Assembly: GCF_964204645.1 (NCBI RefSeq)
Contig: NC_134027.1
Span: 7,162,485 to 7,226,484, forward strand
Direction of reading: 5' to 3'
DNA length: 64,000 nucleotides
From: Tubulanus polymorphus
Lineage: Eukaryota; Animalia; Nemertea
Below, piece by piece: positions 51,801 to 63,000 of the stretch; within the stretch, counting starts at the first letter, position 1; the number at the start of each line of letters is the position of its first letter. The position numbers and the translations under genes are program-made. Below the pieces are notes generated by a model. The model did no database searches and was not told the DNA's origin. It saw only the letters and a list, made by a program, of their open reading frames with translations.

Positions 51801-54737
51801 AAAAGAAAAGAAAAATTTCCCAATTAGCAAATCTGGTTTCAGTTGTCCCGTAACAAAAATTAGAAATACGTAAATATTGCATTGAATAAACAATGTCTTG
51901 GGAGGGTGTTCATAAATGTAATTAATAAAACCAAAAATATTCTATACCATACATAATACATTGCTATTCAAGTTCATGATTGAGAAACATGAATACCTCA
52001 ATGCTGTGTTGGGAATGCCTTCGTCAAGTTTTCTTTGATCCAAAGGAACCTTTTTCAAAGCCACGACTTCGCCACTCTACAATATGTATGAATTAATACG
52101 TCATGCATGAATCATATTCTGTTTACTGAGAACCAAATAGTATATCAGTATACATATCCAAGGTAAGAACTTCTGTCAATAATTAACTGTACTTAAGAAT
52201 TAATCACCCTTTGACTGATAAAGTATAATTTTGTAATCTTCTCGATTTGATACTTTATTTCATCAAATTGTTGTTATTTAATTATGATTCTTCAGGTGCT
52301 ATATATTTGCTGATTATTTTTGTTGACGAACCTCTGATAATTCATCTTAAACTGTAATTTATGCTGTAGAATTCAATTCACAACACTATCATCCATACTG
52401 AATAGTGGCTTAGAAATAATTTTGTTTTAATTTCTCGGGAGCCCCGTTGACACAGGATACATTTGTGTTTTATATCATCTAATTAATACATTTAGATGTC
52501 TTAAGCTTGTAACGTCCATCCAACTGAGAAATCTAATATTATAGGCTATTTGCCTTGTTATTTAAATTGCCTTATGTATTATTTTCAGTCATGGTCATGC
52601 TTTGAATGCCATATATACGTATTTGGTCAGTGTAATACATTACTCAATATAACAGTCACAGGATACTCTCATAACAGATTTATCTAGCATAAGTTTTTTT
52701 TTTCTTTTTCACCCAATATCAGGGGAATCAGTGATTACCAGGAATAAACATGGATTCATAATATAAGAAATACTCAATCAGTAAATCTAGCAAATTGTTC
52801 AATATATGTTAAAACAATAAAATTTCATAAGCAAAGGGAAAACACCACACATTCAGAACCAGTTCCAGTCCAATTGTTTCTGAACTTGTATCGAGGATGT
52901 GATTTTAATACCATTTTTTTTCCAGATGAACAAAGTCGATGTAGAAAGGACAAAATCAACTAAAAAGATCGACACAACAGAAGAAAAGATGAAGAAGATA
53001 TTGTTTATAGCGGCAAGTTTGGAAGTCGCGTTCGCTGTGCTTGGTTTTGGGATTGAGGTTTTGTTGTATGCACTGGACCTAAATTTGTGTCATCAGATCA
53101 TAGTCCCTTTGCTATGTATCGCTTATTCGGGTATGATCATCGTCGGTGCTTACGTAGATAAAAGATGGCTATACATCGCCTATGGCTATGGAATATCCTT
53201 GATAGTGCTCAACTGTTTTCTGCTGATAATCTACACCACACAAATTACACTGTTTCACCAAACATTTACTGATCCCCAAAACTGGTTCACGAAACGCAAA
53301 ACCCCCGACATACTGAAACTTGTCAATCCAGTTCTGGGTATGGCTATTATGACAAGCGTAGCGCAAATCGTGCTAATGAGCGTTCAAGTCCATTTTGGCA
53401 GAGCATTTCACGGTCATCGATGAGATTTCGACTAAGATTCGTTAATAACGAGACAATGGATGAGCCAGGAAACTCACCTAAAAACAGTTTTGAGAAATCT
53501 GGGGCTGGTCTTGCTCAAAAGATGGTTAGAGTTAACTAGCGGATAGATGAAATAGTAACAATTAAGAGTTCATTGTAACTATGGTATTTATCCGCCGGTT
53601 ATCTTCAACCAACTTCTGAGCAACAAGCCCCTGGAAAATTTTCTCTGCCTGCCTTGTTCGTAAAATAAAATTTTGTTGTTTACGCTTAACGAAATCTTTA
53701 TGAGGACGTCTTTAAATCACCCTAGTCTTCTGTTAGAATGTTTTTCACAATTTATTGCCCTACCACATTTATGATGTCATTACTTACTGTGCACGTTATT
53801 TTTTGAATAAAAATGAACTTGTATGAAGCAAGCTTTTTTCTTTTGAATGTCGAGTACGGTATTACTAATGTCATCTTTATGAGTAATTACTGTGTGCTAT
53901 TTTTTGAAAAGTGATAGTGTTAAGGAGCGACTTCAATGGAAACTACCAATACAGTGATCATTGATCCCACAATGTTTCTTGCTAAAGCATCATATATAGC
54001 TCTATGAATGTTGAATGCGAACAACTACAGTCAACCTCGCATAAATCGCCTCGCTGCAACTAGGACACTAGTCCCAGTCGCACAAATTTCAAAATCCTGT
54101 TTTATTTCACGCACCAAATACCATAAAAATATGTCTATAAGTTGTACATCGTAAGTCATCTCAGAGCACGAAAATATGTGGTACCATTTCTCTATTTTAC
54201 TTCAAATTTAATAGTCTTAGTCGCAGCTCTAGAATGAATGTATCATACCGATTTTCTACAGCATGAATATAGATGACACGAAATGAACCTGAAAGTCGCG
54301 TAGTCTGTGTATTGATTTTTCATACGGCTCATTAACCTATATCGGATACGCAACAGTCGATGTCAATATTGAAGGATAATAACTTCTAAGTTGTACATTT
54401 CATTAAAATTTCTAGATATTCGACTTATTCACAAGTCGTACATCGTGTAAGTCGAATAAATCTGATTGGGCCCAACTTGTACGACTTATGCGAGGTTGAC
54501 TGTATTTACTGAACAGAGTTATCACAGTGAATTTAAATGTAGACATGTATATAAATTGAAAGTGTCACATGATAAAAAAGAAATTCATTGTTCCACTAAG
54601 TTCTGGATTTAAATAATATGAAGAACATTATCGGATTGGCCGAGTATGCATGAAAATCCTACCTCAACATGTTTAGCTTTAAACACGATTCCGTGAGCTC
54701 CTTCTCCAATATTGCCAAGAATAGTATATTGCTCCAT
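39883..54737 (-). CDS. CDK20: Cyclin-dependent kinase 20 (CCRK); 10 coding exons; long introns at 43414-51013 and ~52077-54662
   Basis: [25 protein letters not shown]|[18 protein letters not shown]|EIKALQEI; [11 protein letters not shown]; [18 protein letters not shown]|WYRAPELLY; [22 protein letters not shown]. Confidence 0.95.
40825..40989. mobile_element. PIF/Harbinger-like MITE, copy 1
   Basis: Termini GGGGTCATTCATTTATAACG...CGTAATAAATGAATGA. Near-identical inverted copy at 46400-46565. Confidence 0.8.
44615..45116. mobile_element. PIF/Harbinger-like MITE (~500 bp)
   Basis: TIR tgttcaaaaattacataa / ttacgtaatttttgaaca; G-rich subtermini; TAA on the right flank. Confidence 0.7.
46400..46565. 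mobile_element. PIF/Harbinger-like MITE, copy 2 (inverted relative to copy 1)
   Basis: TTA on both flanks; reverse complement of 40825-40989. Confidence 0.8.
46731..47015. mobile_element. MITE with CAGGCC termini
   Basis: TIR caggcctgtgctgag / ctcggcacgggcctg (13/15 match). Confidence 0.65.
47872..49476 (+). CDS. GT61-family glycosyltransferase, type II membrane protein, plant beta-1,2-xylosyltransferase-like; intronless CDS nested antisense in a CDK20 intron
   Basis: 534-aa ORF with an N-terminal TM segment. Motifs [56 protein letters not shown]. Acceptor ttttccag just before the ATG implies an upstream UTR exon. Confidence 0.88.
   Translation: MRTICGTMLSCLTRKLKSRYKTLIGLITMLLITWVTLSSLIMVNQQVVVNQRSPFGMDDIVQKQIIQQRRRSSKFQLKDEPQRVRLKLNVAEDKNDNTVHLIFNDDNELAELSLPKDVISRMSLNLTLEFSVHHNLPRGITIDAIVPEFAVWKMRNNTFCRNKLVAFANEFAFLENVVVDRTRAHGRRGGEELQSVINQPEKKEYFKFDKGFFRLPCKADPSYKFANKNHLNQWISVVDGNDDYYNKSKIAETKKKFTLAITRYEFANLYHTMTDFYNAFLMIRFFNKKPDDTTILFVDGHPKGSLDSIWSKLFNEVQRLGHMSNLTKYSELVWAAQGYNSPMNHHKLKSIPLVEDFREFFLARHNVTARIRPLNCSNVQLLFIWRHDYVAHPRNPSGSVSRKIKNEQELVNSITNKYHNIRIKAIQIDKFDMASQLKMVNEADILVGMHGAGLSHTLFLPKHAGVIEFYPAYWASSNIHFKAMAHWRKLHYERWVNRDRHNESPNHYTRIPPGVMTSLLQNILNKLKCQAMFW
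52926..53423 (+). CDS. 165-aa four-TM membrane protein (possibly MS4A/CD20-like), nested antisense in the first coding-region intron of CDK20
   Basis: Acceptor tttccag|ATG. Four hydrophobic segments. AATAAA at ~53664. Possible upstream donor AAG|gtaaga at 52162. Confidence 0.65.
   Translation: MNKVDVERTKSTKKIDTTEEKMKKILFIAASLEVAFAVLGFGIEVLLYALDLNLCHQIIVPLLCIAYSGMIIVGAYVDKRWLYIAYGYGISLIVLNCFLLIIYTTQITLFHQTFTDPQNWFTKRKTPDILKLVNPVLGMAIMTSVAQIVLMSVQVHFGRAFHGHR
53502..53630. mobile_element. Short palindromic MITE (Harbinger-like, CTG flanks)
   Basis: Imperfect arms gggct..ttgctcaaaagatggtt..gcggata / tatccgc..aaccaacttctgagcaacaagccc; CTG on both sides. Confidence 0.65.
54028..54502. mobile_element. 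Tc1/mariner-pogo-type MITE
   Basis: TA|CAGTCAACCTCGCATAAATCG ... CGACTTATGCGAGGTTGACTG|TA: 21-bp TIR with one mismatch, TA TSD. Confidence 0.9.
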
Positions 54738-56592
54738 TTATTACAGAAGTCTGCAAAAAATATATTCAAAAATCTATGAGAATAACTGTAGTGAGCCTTC
54801 ATGCTAAAGCACGGCTGCCAACCTCTGAAAATAACATGTTGCATCCTTTAATTGTGAAATTGTCCAAATCAATCCAAATGTCCAAATCAATCAGTAATCT
54901 ATGATAGGGCCCTCGCTAACATCTTTAACATCTTTAACATCAATCAAACAAATGAAATCAGTATTTCTTGGGACAAAGATAGTGACGAAGTACTGAAAAG
55001 GTGGTTGATCTAGCTAGATTGGGGTAGGCCTAGTAGAGGGTATAGGTTCCTTTTTAGGGCTAGGGTTTAGGTTTAGGGTTAGTGCTATACACTCTAAACA
55101 TTCTGGGATGCAATGAGTCTCCACCCAGGTTCGGATACTAAATCTTCTATGTTTCAAGTCACGCACGGCCTATAGACCACAATGTGAATAAGCCAAACAG
55201 AATGAAATGGGTTATCTAGCTAGTATAGTTCGTTGAATACAGCGGCGTAAACATAATTGGCCTAGTGTTTCTAAAAAATGTATGTTTACAACAACAGGCA
55301 CTTGAAAATGGGCTTTGATAACAGATAAATATTTTGTCACCAGTGATATGTTATTCCTATTTCGATCATCTGCCAGGTTTCATAATGAATTTTCCCATGA
55401 TACAACAGGCTTCCCTTGCTCGTCTATAGTTGCTCGTCTATTTAAGCATTAAAGAGATAATTTCACATCAACCAGTGTCTACATGCAGCTGTTCGGTGTG
55501 TATACACTATATCTGAATACGAGGCTGGAATAACAGGCTCACTTCATGTAGGTGAGCATTGCCTGATTTATCTGTAAAGTAAGCCTATAGATAAACGAAG
55601 GTCGCGCATTGATTGGCATTAGATCTGATGGGTGAAACAGTTGCATCATATGGATGATTCAGATGGCGAACAAGGTGGATTTCATATCGTAGATAACGGT
55701 AAATTTAATCATCTTCAACACACCAACAAGGACAAAGCCCATATTCAAGTGCCTGTGTTACGTCAACATACAAAAAAATAGTCAGTAACCTGACTGTGGT
55801 TTAGTTTCACGATCGGATATTTTGACAAACCACATGTTGGTAAGCCCATCCGATTATAAAACACTTACCACCAACGATTAGGTAACTAACTAACTAACAA
55901 AAAAAGTGAATGAGCGATCTATAAAAAACGCATGAATCACCACCACAAACACAGGCACAATAGTTTTCTTACCAAACGGTCAAAGCGGTATTGGGGTCAA
56001 AACCCAGCGGTATCACGTAACTTTGTAACTACGCGTAGCAGCAAAATAAGTGTTGATCAATATACAAGTGAAAAATGTAGGAAATGTCAGGCCAAAATGT
56101 AAATAATGTTTAATTTAACAAAATTGTTTAGTTGTCGCTATACTACTATGCAGTTAAGCTAAGTATCGATGTAATCCATTAAGAACCTTGCTGGCGGTGC
56201 GGCCGGAGAACGAAGCCGGGAGACTTGTTCATAAGAATTCTTGAAATTATCATTTCTTCTTTATGCAATTGGTTTTTTTCCCGAAAACAACTTGTGTTCG
56301 GATAAAATTTACTTCTCTGCTATTAACTAGTCTTTTTCTAACTGGTTGCGGGAATCTTTTCTGATAGATTTGTTACACAGGGAGTGCTGAATATCATAAG
56401 TAAAATAATCTTTTTAAAGTAACAATTTCCAGAGTACCATCCACCTTGTAAATGCAAAAACAACAACACTGAACACATTTTGCAAAAAATAGGGTCAATA
56501 TTTAATCATGGTTTAAAACTTCATAATCTTTGTAATAATATCACCGTCTATTGCACCATTTATAAACATGAAGACACAGTGAGGTGCCTTAG

Positions 56593-58829
56593 TTACTCAT
56601 TATATACGAAGAAGTTCCATATATTTGTCCAATAATTACTGTCTGAATAGATATAAGTCATCGATGAGAGTAGAGATGATTGCAAAGTTTCCTTTTCATT
56701 TTCAAACAACCACAAAACAATTCCCCAAACGAAGGCGGCAAACCATGGAAATACAGGACGTTCAGTTTGTGGAAAATAGCCGCGTTTCTGCATGACTTTA
56801 ACGCCTGCGTATAAGATCCGAGATAAAAGATAAAGATTTACCTGAAACGAAAAAATAGTAAAAAATCAGAGAGAGTTGATGAGTAGATTTTCATATTTCC
56901 TTATGTAGATAGGATGTCATGCTGATAGTAATACAGTAATCAAGAATCTGGTAATAATCTCAGTGTAGCAGCCAACAAAGGGAATCACTTACTTGTTCGT
57001 TTACTTTGTTATATTTACCAAACACAAGATATCCAGAAATTGACGCTGCTACTAATGTATGCACTTGTGTTTTCTCTGATTGTAACCATTCAAATATACC
57101 GCTCAGACCTTTATAGCTAGTTGTTAAAAGCGCCAAATTCTTAGCATGTGTCAACGTGGCTTCCAAGATGAATTTGAATTTTGAAGCTAGGCTGAATATA
57201 ATAATAAAAATATCAGAATCAATGAACTGAGAAAATTCGGCTGTTCTAGATTTTGAATTTCAGTTTGTTATATTACCTGCCATTTTTAAAGAGGAATGCC
57301 ATCACTAAAGCATGTGGGAATCTGATTTTACATCCATACCTTCAAAGAAAAATCATTTGAATATTAGATTTTTGAACAAGATTGAAAAAAAATTGGCTGA
57401 AAAGCCTTCAAAAGATCCGTCAATTGATGATATGATGATGATGATAATGGAAGCGGACTTAGGCTATCTCTCAGGGATCTGGTTGAGTGCATCTGTGTGG
57501 TACATTGCTGCATCCAAATGTGGCGATACACATGACAAGAGAGAGAGAGAGAGATAAATAAGTGAAGGGGGCTGGTCTGTGACTGTGTAGCACAGAGGGC
57601 GGCTCGGATTGAAATATTGAGTGATAAAACATTTCACTTTGCAGCCATTTGATTCTATCATCTTGACGACTTTGTTTAATGTTGAGTTGGGCAAAATGAA
57701 GTCAGTGTGGTTGATTTTCGATCACGAACGGATATTTTCACCACAGGGGCTCGTATCAGAGTTGTAGGTAATGTAAAAACGATAATCTGTTAATCCAATG
57801 TATATAGTTATTTCATATACACTATATACATTGGATTAACAGATTATCGTTTTTACATTACCTACAACTCTGATACGAGCCCCTGTGATTTTCACAGGAT
57901 GCATCCGATAATAAAACCTTTAATCTTACCACCCCCTGACACCAAACTTGTTACTTACAACTACTAATATATAAAATGTTCATTAACAGGGCCATACATT
58001 ATATCTTGCCCCTCCACTGAAATTTTGGGAAAGTACCCTTTTTGCAGCCGCTTTTTATTTGCTAATGTCTATTTATTAATGAATGAGACCTGTTTTTCTG
58101 GGATATTTTGCTTACTTTTTGGGGTACATACCTCATTTATGTCTTAACAGAATGCCAAAAATCGCGGACAACACCTGAATATCCGATATTATTCCAGTTC
58201 TGTACCGATAAGATGGATTGGCAAAAAGACTCCTTAAGTCCAGTTGAATGAGAGAGAAAATCCTCCATTTTGTGAAATTTCTTGGATTTGAACATTGTTA
58301 CCATGCCTACGCCACCCTGATTTAGTTGTTGAGACCCCTCAACAGAAATAACTTCATTTTGTAGGCATGGTAACAATGTAAAAATTCAAGAAATTTCACA
58401 AAATGGAGGATTTTCTCTCTCATTCAACTGGACTTAAGGAGTCTTTTTGCCAATCCATCTAATCGGTACAGAACTGGAAATATATCGGATATTCAGTTGT
58501 TGTCCGCGACTTTTGGCATTCTGTTAAGACATAAATGAGGTATTTATCCCAAAAAGTAAGCAAAATATCCCAGAAAAACAGGTCTCATCCATTAATAAAT
58601 AGACATTAGTCGAGTTCTGACTTTCTCCGCCCCCACCCAAAAAAAAATCCAAAATGGAATACGGCCCTGATTAAGTTAAGAGATTAAATTAAGTAGATAC
58701 AGGCATAACGAAAATAGATTTATGCATTCCTTACACTGCCCCATTTCGAAAACCCTTGATCATGGAAAGAATAACACGATATTTTCCGGATGCCAAAAGG
58801 TGGTTGATGTATTCCACGGGCGCCGCCAT
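56593..58829 (-). CDS. PXMP4: Peroxisomal membrane protein 4 (PMP24); 4 exons
   Basis: MAAP...IKGFRNGAV|YGCKIRFPHALVMAFLF|...ATLTHAKNLA...GYLVFG..NKVNEQ|VNLYLLSRI...FPWFAAFVWGIVLWLFE...LQSSLLSSMTYIYSDSN. Confidence 0.95.
57742..57887. mobile_element. Palindromic MITE, family B, copy 1
   Basis: Near-perfect ~66-bp arms starting CACAGGGGCTCGTATCAGAG; perfect 8-bp TSD attttcac. Confidence 0.92.
58062..58609. mobile_element. Foldback element with ~250-bp inverted arms in PXMP4 intron 1, apparently nested in a CAGGGCC-ended element (~57987-58668)
   Basis: 58062-58310 is the near reverse complement of 58362-58609, with a ~50-bp spacer. Confidence 0.9.
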
Positions 58830-59326
58830 TTTGTAACTGAAATTGGTCACATGATCAACAGCGCGCGGTTTGCGAATTCGATCATCGCTCGCACGTGTTG
58901 CGTTACGCATGGACAACGCGGGTTCGAATCCTTTATTCTCAGTGTGAGTAGCTCTATCGATAGATAACTTAGAAGGAAAACTGATGGATTCGATGCGATT
59001 ATTTAATTAAAATGACGTTTCACGTGTTGTATGGGAGGCTTGTGGCTAAATTTAGCACCCTGATAAATAAAGAGTAGTGTAACACACAGCGCACGTCCTC
59101 GTACACACAGCGCAATGCAACCAACCAGGGGCCAAATCTGCTGCAGTGTTTTGCATGTAGTGCGAACAAGCGTTGGGTAGAATTTCTTCTCATCACGCCG
59201 CTCTATTTACATTTGTAAGCTACTTCATCTTCATGTCCTGTCTTTTTCACGATGTGGAGTTCACGTGGTGGAGTTTAAGGGGAAAAGTTCCCTAGAGCGG
59301 ATCCAGCGGCATTTTTGAGTATAAAG

Positions 59327-59457
59327 CCCAGGGACCTGACAAAAAAAAATTTTGACCCCAGTATCCTAGGTAGGCCTACTATATATAAAAAAGTCTTTTT
59401 ATATCATGTAGTACCTGTAGATACTGGGGTCAAAAGTTATTTTGTAAGGTCCCTCTG
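59327..59457. mobile_element. Palindromic MITE, family A, copy 2
   Basis: Shares ttttgaccccagtatcctaggta...gatactggggtcaaaa with copy 1; perfect 8-bp TSD gtataaag. Confidence 0.88.
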
Positions 59458-59681
59458 GTATAAAGGTATACTTACTACGTTGTTCGCCTTATCACACCTG
59501 CAGAAGTCGGCAGAAAACTAACGTCAAAAAAGATGTTAACTTTTTGTCATTTGAGGGTTCTCCCCAAGGAAATTTTGGAAAAAATAGATTGATTCGAATC
59601 CTGGTCTGAGAGACATTTTTGTGTACGCCACGATATGATGTTGAGTACATGTACGAACTTGCATTTTGGTAGTGCTGGAAC

Positions 59682-59834
59682 CACGGGGGCCTGTATCAGA
59701 AGAGTTTTAGATTAATGTAAAAACGATAATCTGTTAATCCAATGTCAATAGTATTATATTTTATATACTATAGACATTGGATTAACAGATTATCGTTTTT
59801 ACATTAATCTACAACTCTGATACGAGCCCCTGTG
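59682..59834. mobile_element. Palindromic MITE, family B, copy 2
   Basis: Near-identical to 57742-57887; perfect 8-bp TSD gctggaac. Confidence 0.92.
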
Positions 59835-60046
59835 GCTGGAACGGAAGAAGGGTCAAAATTGTAACTCACAGAAAAACATACAGTACATTTTAGACAGTGT
59901 CTTCTTGGCTATTCTGGAATACAATGGATCGGGTGAAACTCACCTGTGGCCTGCATTTTGGCTACAAACTATTCTGATAATTTTTCAGATATTCTGCCCT
60001 GGCTCGCTGACCGTTGAAAAAAACTAACAGTAGTGAGAAGAATAGA

Positions 60047-63000
60047 ATGTTTCCAACTAAGTCACCAGCCAAGGCTGCTGGTGGTTGGCCCGCTGATGGT
60101 AGCTCCGCTTCTGCAAATATTGAGAGTCCTGGTCTTTCTCCAGGTTCATATCCATGGAATGATAAATCACCTGTGGCTAAGATTGAACAATTTTCACCTT
60201 CAAGTGGTTCTGCATTACGCAATCCCAGGCAACCGGCGAGACCCATTGGTATTTATCAACATCCAAATATGCCCAGTCGTAAGGGTTCTTCTTCATCGAA
60301 ACCTACTCAAAATGAATTAATTGCCATTTACAGGTGAGTAGATTCTTAGTAGTGTTGAGTTAATGATTGTGATTCAGTGATTCATCAAATATTATCATTT
60401 ATTAAGATGCCCAGACCCTATTCATCAAAGTACAGGATGCAGGGTTCTTGCGGATTTTGAAGAAATTTTCTTTCTGTTTTGAATTTAATTTTTATGCACC
60501 TAAATGTCTGTCTACACATTTGATATTTAGATTTTACGAAAATGCTGTCGGATGGAATTGATAATTGGCCCTATTAGAATGGGCCTATACATTGCCTGTT
60601 CTAGGTTAGCAATATGCAACTTTAGGGGTAATTTAAAATTTATAATCTAGGTATGGAAAAGTGATGGAAAATGAAATTGGGAAACCCGTAAAGAACCCTG
60701 GAAATGAGATATTTAAGGATATCTACAAGTATACTTATTTGGAATCAATAGATGCACCTCATAAATTGACTCAACAATGATAATGTGGCTTGCTTGTAAT
60801 CAATTTAAATTCTATTGTCTATGATTACGGGCTCTCACCAGTTAACTCTCTATCTTTTAAAGATTTATTATTATGCAAATCTATAATGCATTTTTTCCTG
60901 CTCATGTATATTGTAGGAAATTTGGGCGTGTATTGGAACAGGAAGGCTCGTTAGAAGTGACGAGTCGACCGATATTAGATGTGTTCATAAAACTCGAGGC
61001 TTCGCAAAGGAATTACATAATGAAGCAGAATGGCGGAATTGCTAATTTCCTATCAAAGTGTACATACATTGAACAGCGCTTTAACCGTGTCTCGTTAAAC
61101 CCTTCTCATCCTCCACTCGATATAGACAATGAATCAACTGAACTTGACTCGTAAGATGTTTCCCTAAATCATTGTTGTTACTGATTGCTGCATTTTACGA
61201 TTTTTAGGCTAAGAAATGATACCTTCTTACCACAATCAGTTGCAAAATTGTAGCACATTACATGTTCTATGATTGTGGTAAGTTTCAAGGTCATTGGTTT
61301 TAGTATAAGTTCACCAGGGGGCATTGAATATTGAAACTGAGCATTTCAAACCACTTCCCAATCAGTCCCTGGACCTAGTTTTTAGCCTAATGTCTGTTTG
61401 ATGTCTATTTTAGGAATCCAGATGAAGTTTTCCCAGGATACACTGGCGGTTATATATCCGGTTTAACGGACGCTGAGGATGACTCTGAGAGTAAGTTGCA
61501 CCTACCCACCATGATGTTTACAATTCACTAGTTGTTATTAGCTGTTCTTAGCTGTTATTCTACAAAAGATTAATTGGATAAAATTATCATACATATTTGC
61601 ACTACTAAAACTATCGCTGAAAAACACTATAATCAAATACCTTTGGGATACTGCGATACTGCCAAAATCGACCCCTGAACAATAACCCCTGTATAGTTAT
61701 AGTAATGCTTGTACATGTATTTTCAGAAGACATTGAGGAATTTGAGGATCGAGCTTTACAGCACGGTATTCGCGTTGAAAAACCATCAAGGCATAGCTCG
61801 GTCAGTAGCAACTCGAACTCGGATGTGTTGGAGAATTGGGATGATACTGGACCGAAGACATCATCCAACATCGTGAATCCACCATCAGAAGTCAATATCG
61901 GTAGCCATGATAGGAGTTTTGAGGAACGGGCAATGGAGCATGGCATTTTTATCGGTGTGGTCGGCCGCAAAGATGCAAAAGATTTAGAAAAGCAGCGACG
62001 AGAATTAACCTTTAGACGAGCAGCAAGTTTTCATGGTATTAGTGTTAAGCAACCACCAGGCGACTCCGGCGAAATTACGCAAACAATGAAAGTTCCTGGC
62101 AATACTAGTATCACCAGCAACAGTAACAAAATCATTGTTGAAATCGGTGGTGATAGTTCTCAGGATGAAGGAAGTGTGGCAGATGACGAAACGTCTTCAT
62201 ATTCTATAGAACAGTCAAATATGTCCGATATTTTTAGTGCAACAATTGATCCAAATAATAATGATAGTAGGTCAGAGCAAGTAAAAGCGACAATAATCGA
62301 TGAATGTGCTGATAATTCCCTTCGAAAAACATCTATGAACGGAGCTGAGTCGTCATCAGAAACATCTCGAATGAAAAGTGACTTCAATACCTCTGTGGCT
62401 TCGATAATCGATCTTCATTTGAACAAAGAAAATGTTGGTAGAATTCGCCAGCGGTCTTACTCTTTTCATGAAGAGAAATCTTCTGTCAGTGAATTGAAAC
62501 CCTTAAAACGTAGTAGTAGCATCAGCAAAATACTGATTACCGAAGATTTTGGTGGAAATTCAAACAACAATGCTTCATCATCTTGTTCAATTTCAACGCC
62601 TGCCACGACATTTAATTTCAACGTGAATTCACCTGAATTCCATTCTTACTCTATGACTGAATCTTCTAATATGTGTACACCAAATCGCACAATGGTTTTA
62701 AAGCAAATGCAGCATAGGTTCAGTGCTCCTGCACCTGGATTGAATTCCCTACTTCCATCATTCCCTCCTAAATCGGTTCCAACATTCAGTACACCAGCAC
62801 CTATTTTCGCTCATCATCAGGTTACGAAATTCACTTCCCAGTCAATGCCAATGTTTGCTCCTCAACAACACTCTCAGTTGATGTCGTCATTCCATCCACA
62901 GATGCATACAACATTAAGTCCACAAATGCCATCCGCGTTTAACTTCTCTTCTCATTCGGTACAGTCACCATTTACCATGCAAGCAAATACTTCATTTACG

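Noticed and set aside
55053-55082. TTAGGG-like repeats as a telomere or interstitial telomeric site
   Set aside because: Only about four degenerate units; more likely a low-complexity or TE remnant.
55651-55780. 43-codon ORF MDDSDGEQGGFHIVDNGKF...
   Set aside because: Short, with no recognisable motif or supporting exon structure.
58860-58945. Possible tRNA gene
   Set aside because: Only the T-loop/B-box matches. No acceptor, D or anticodon stems could be folded.
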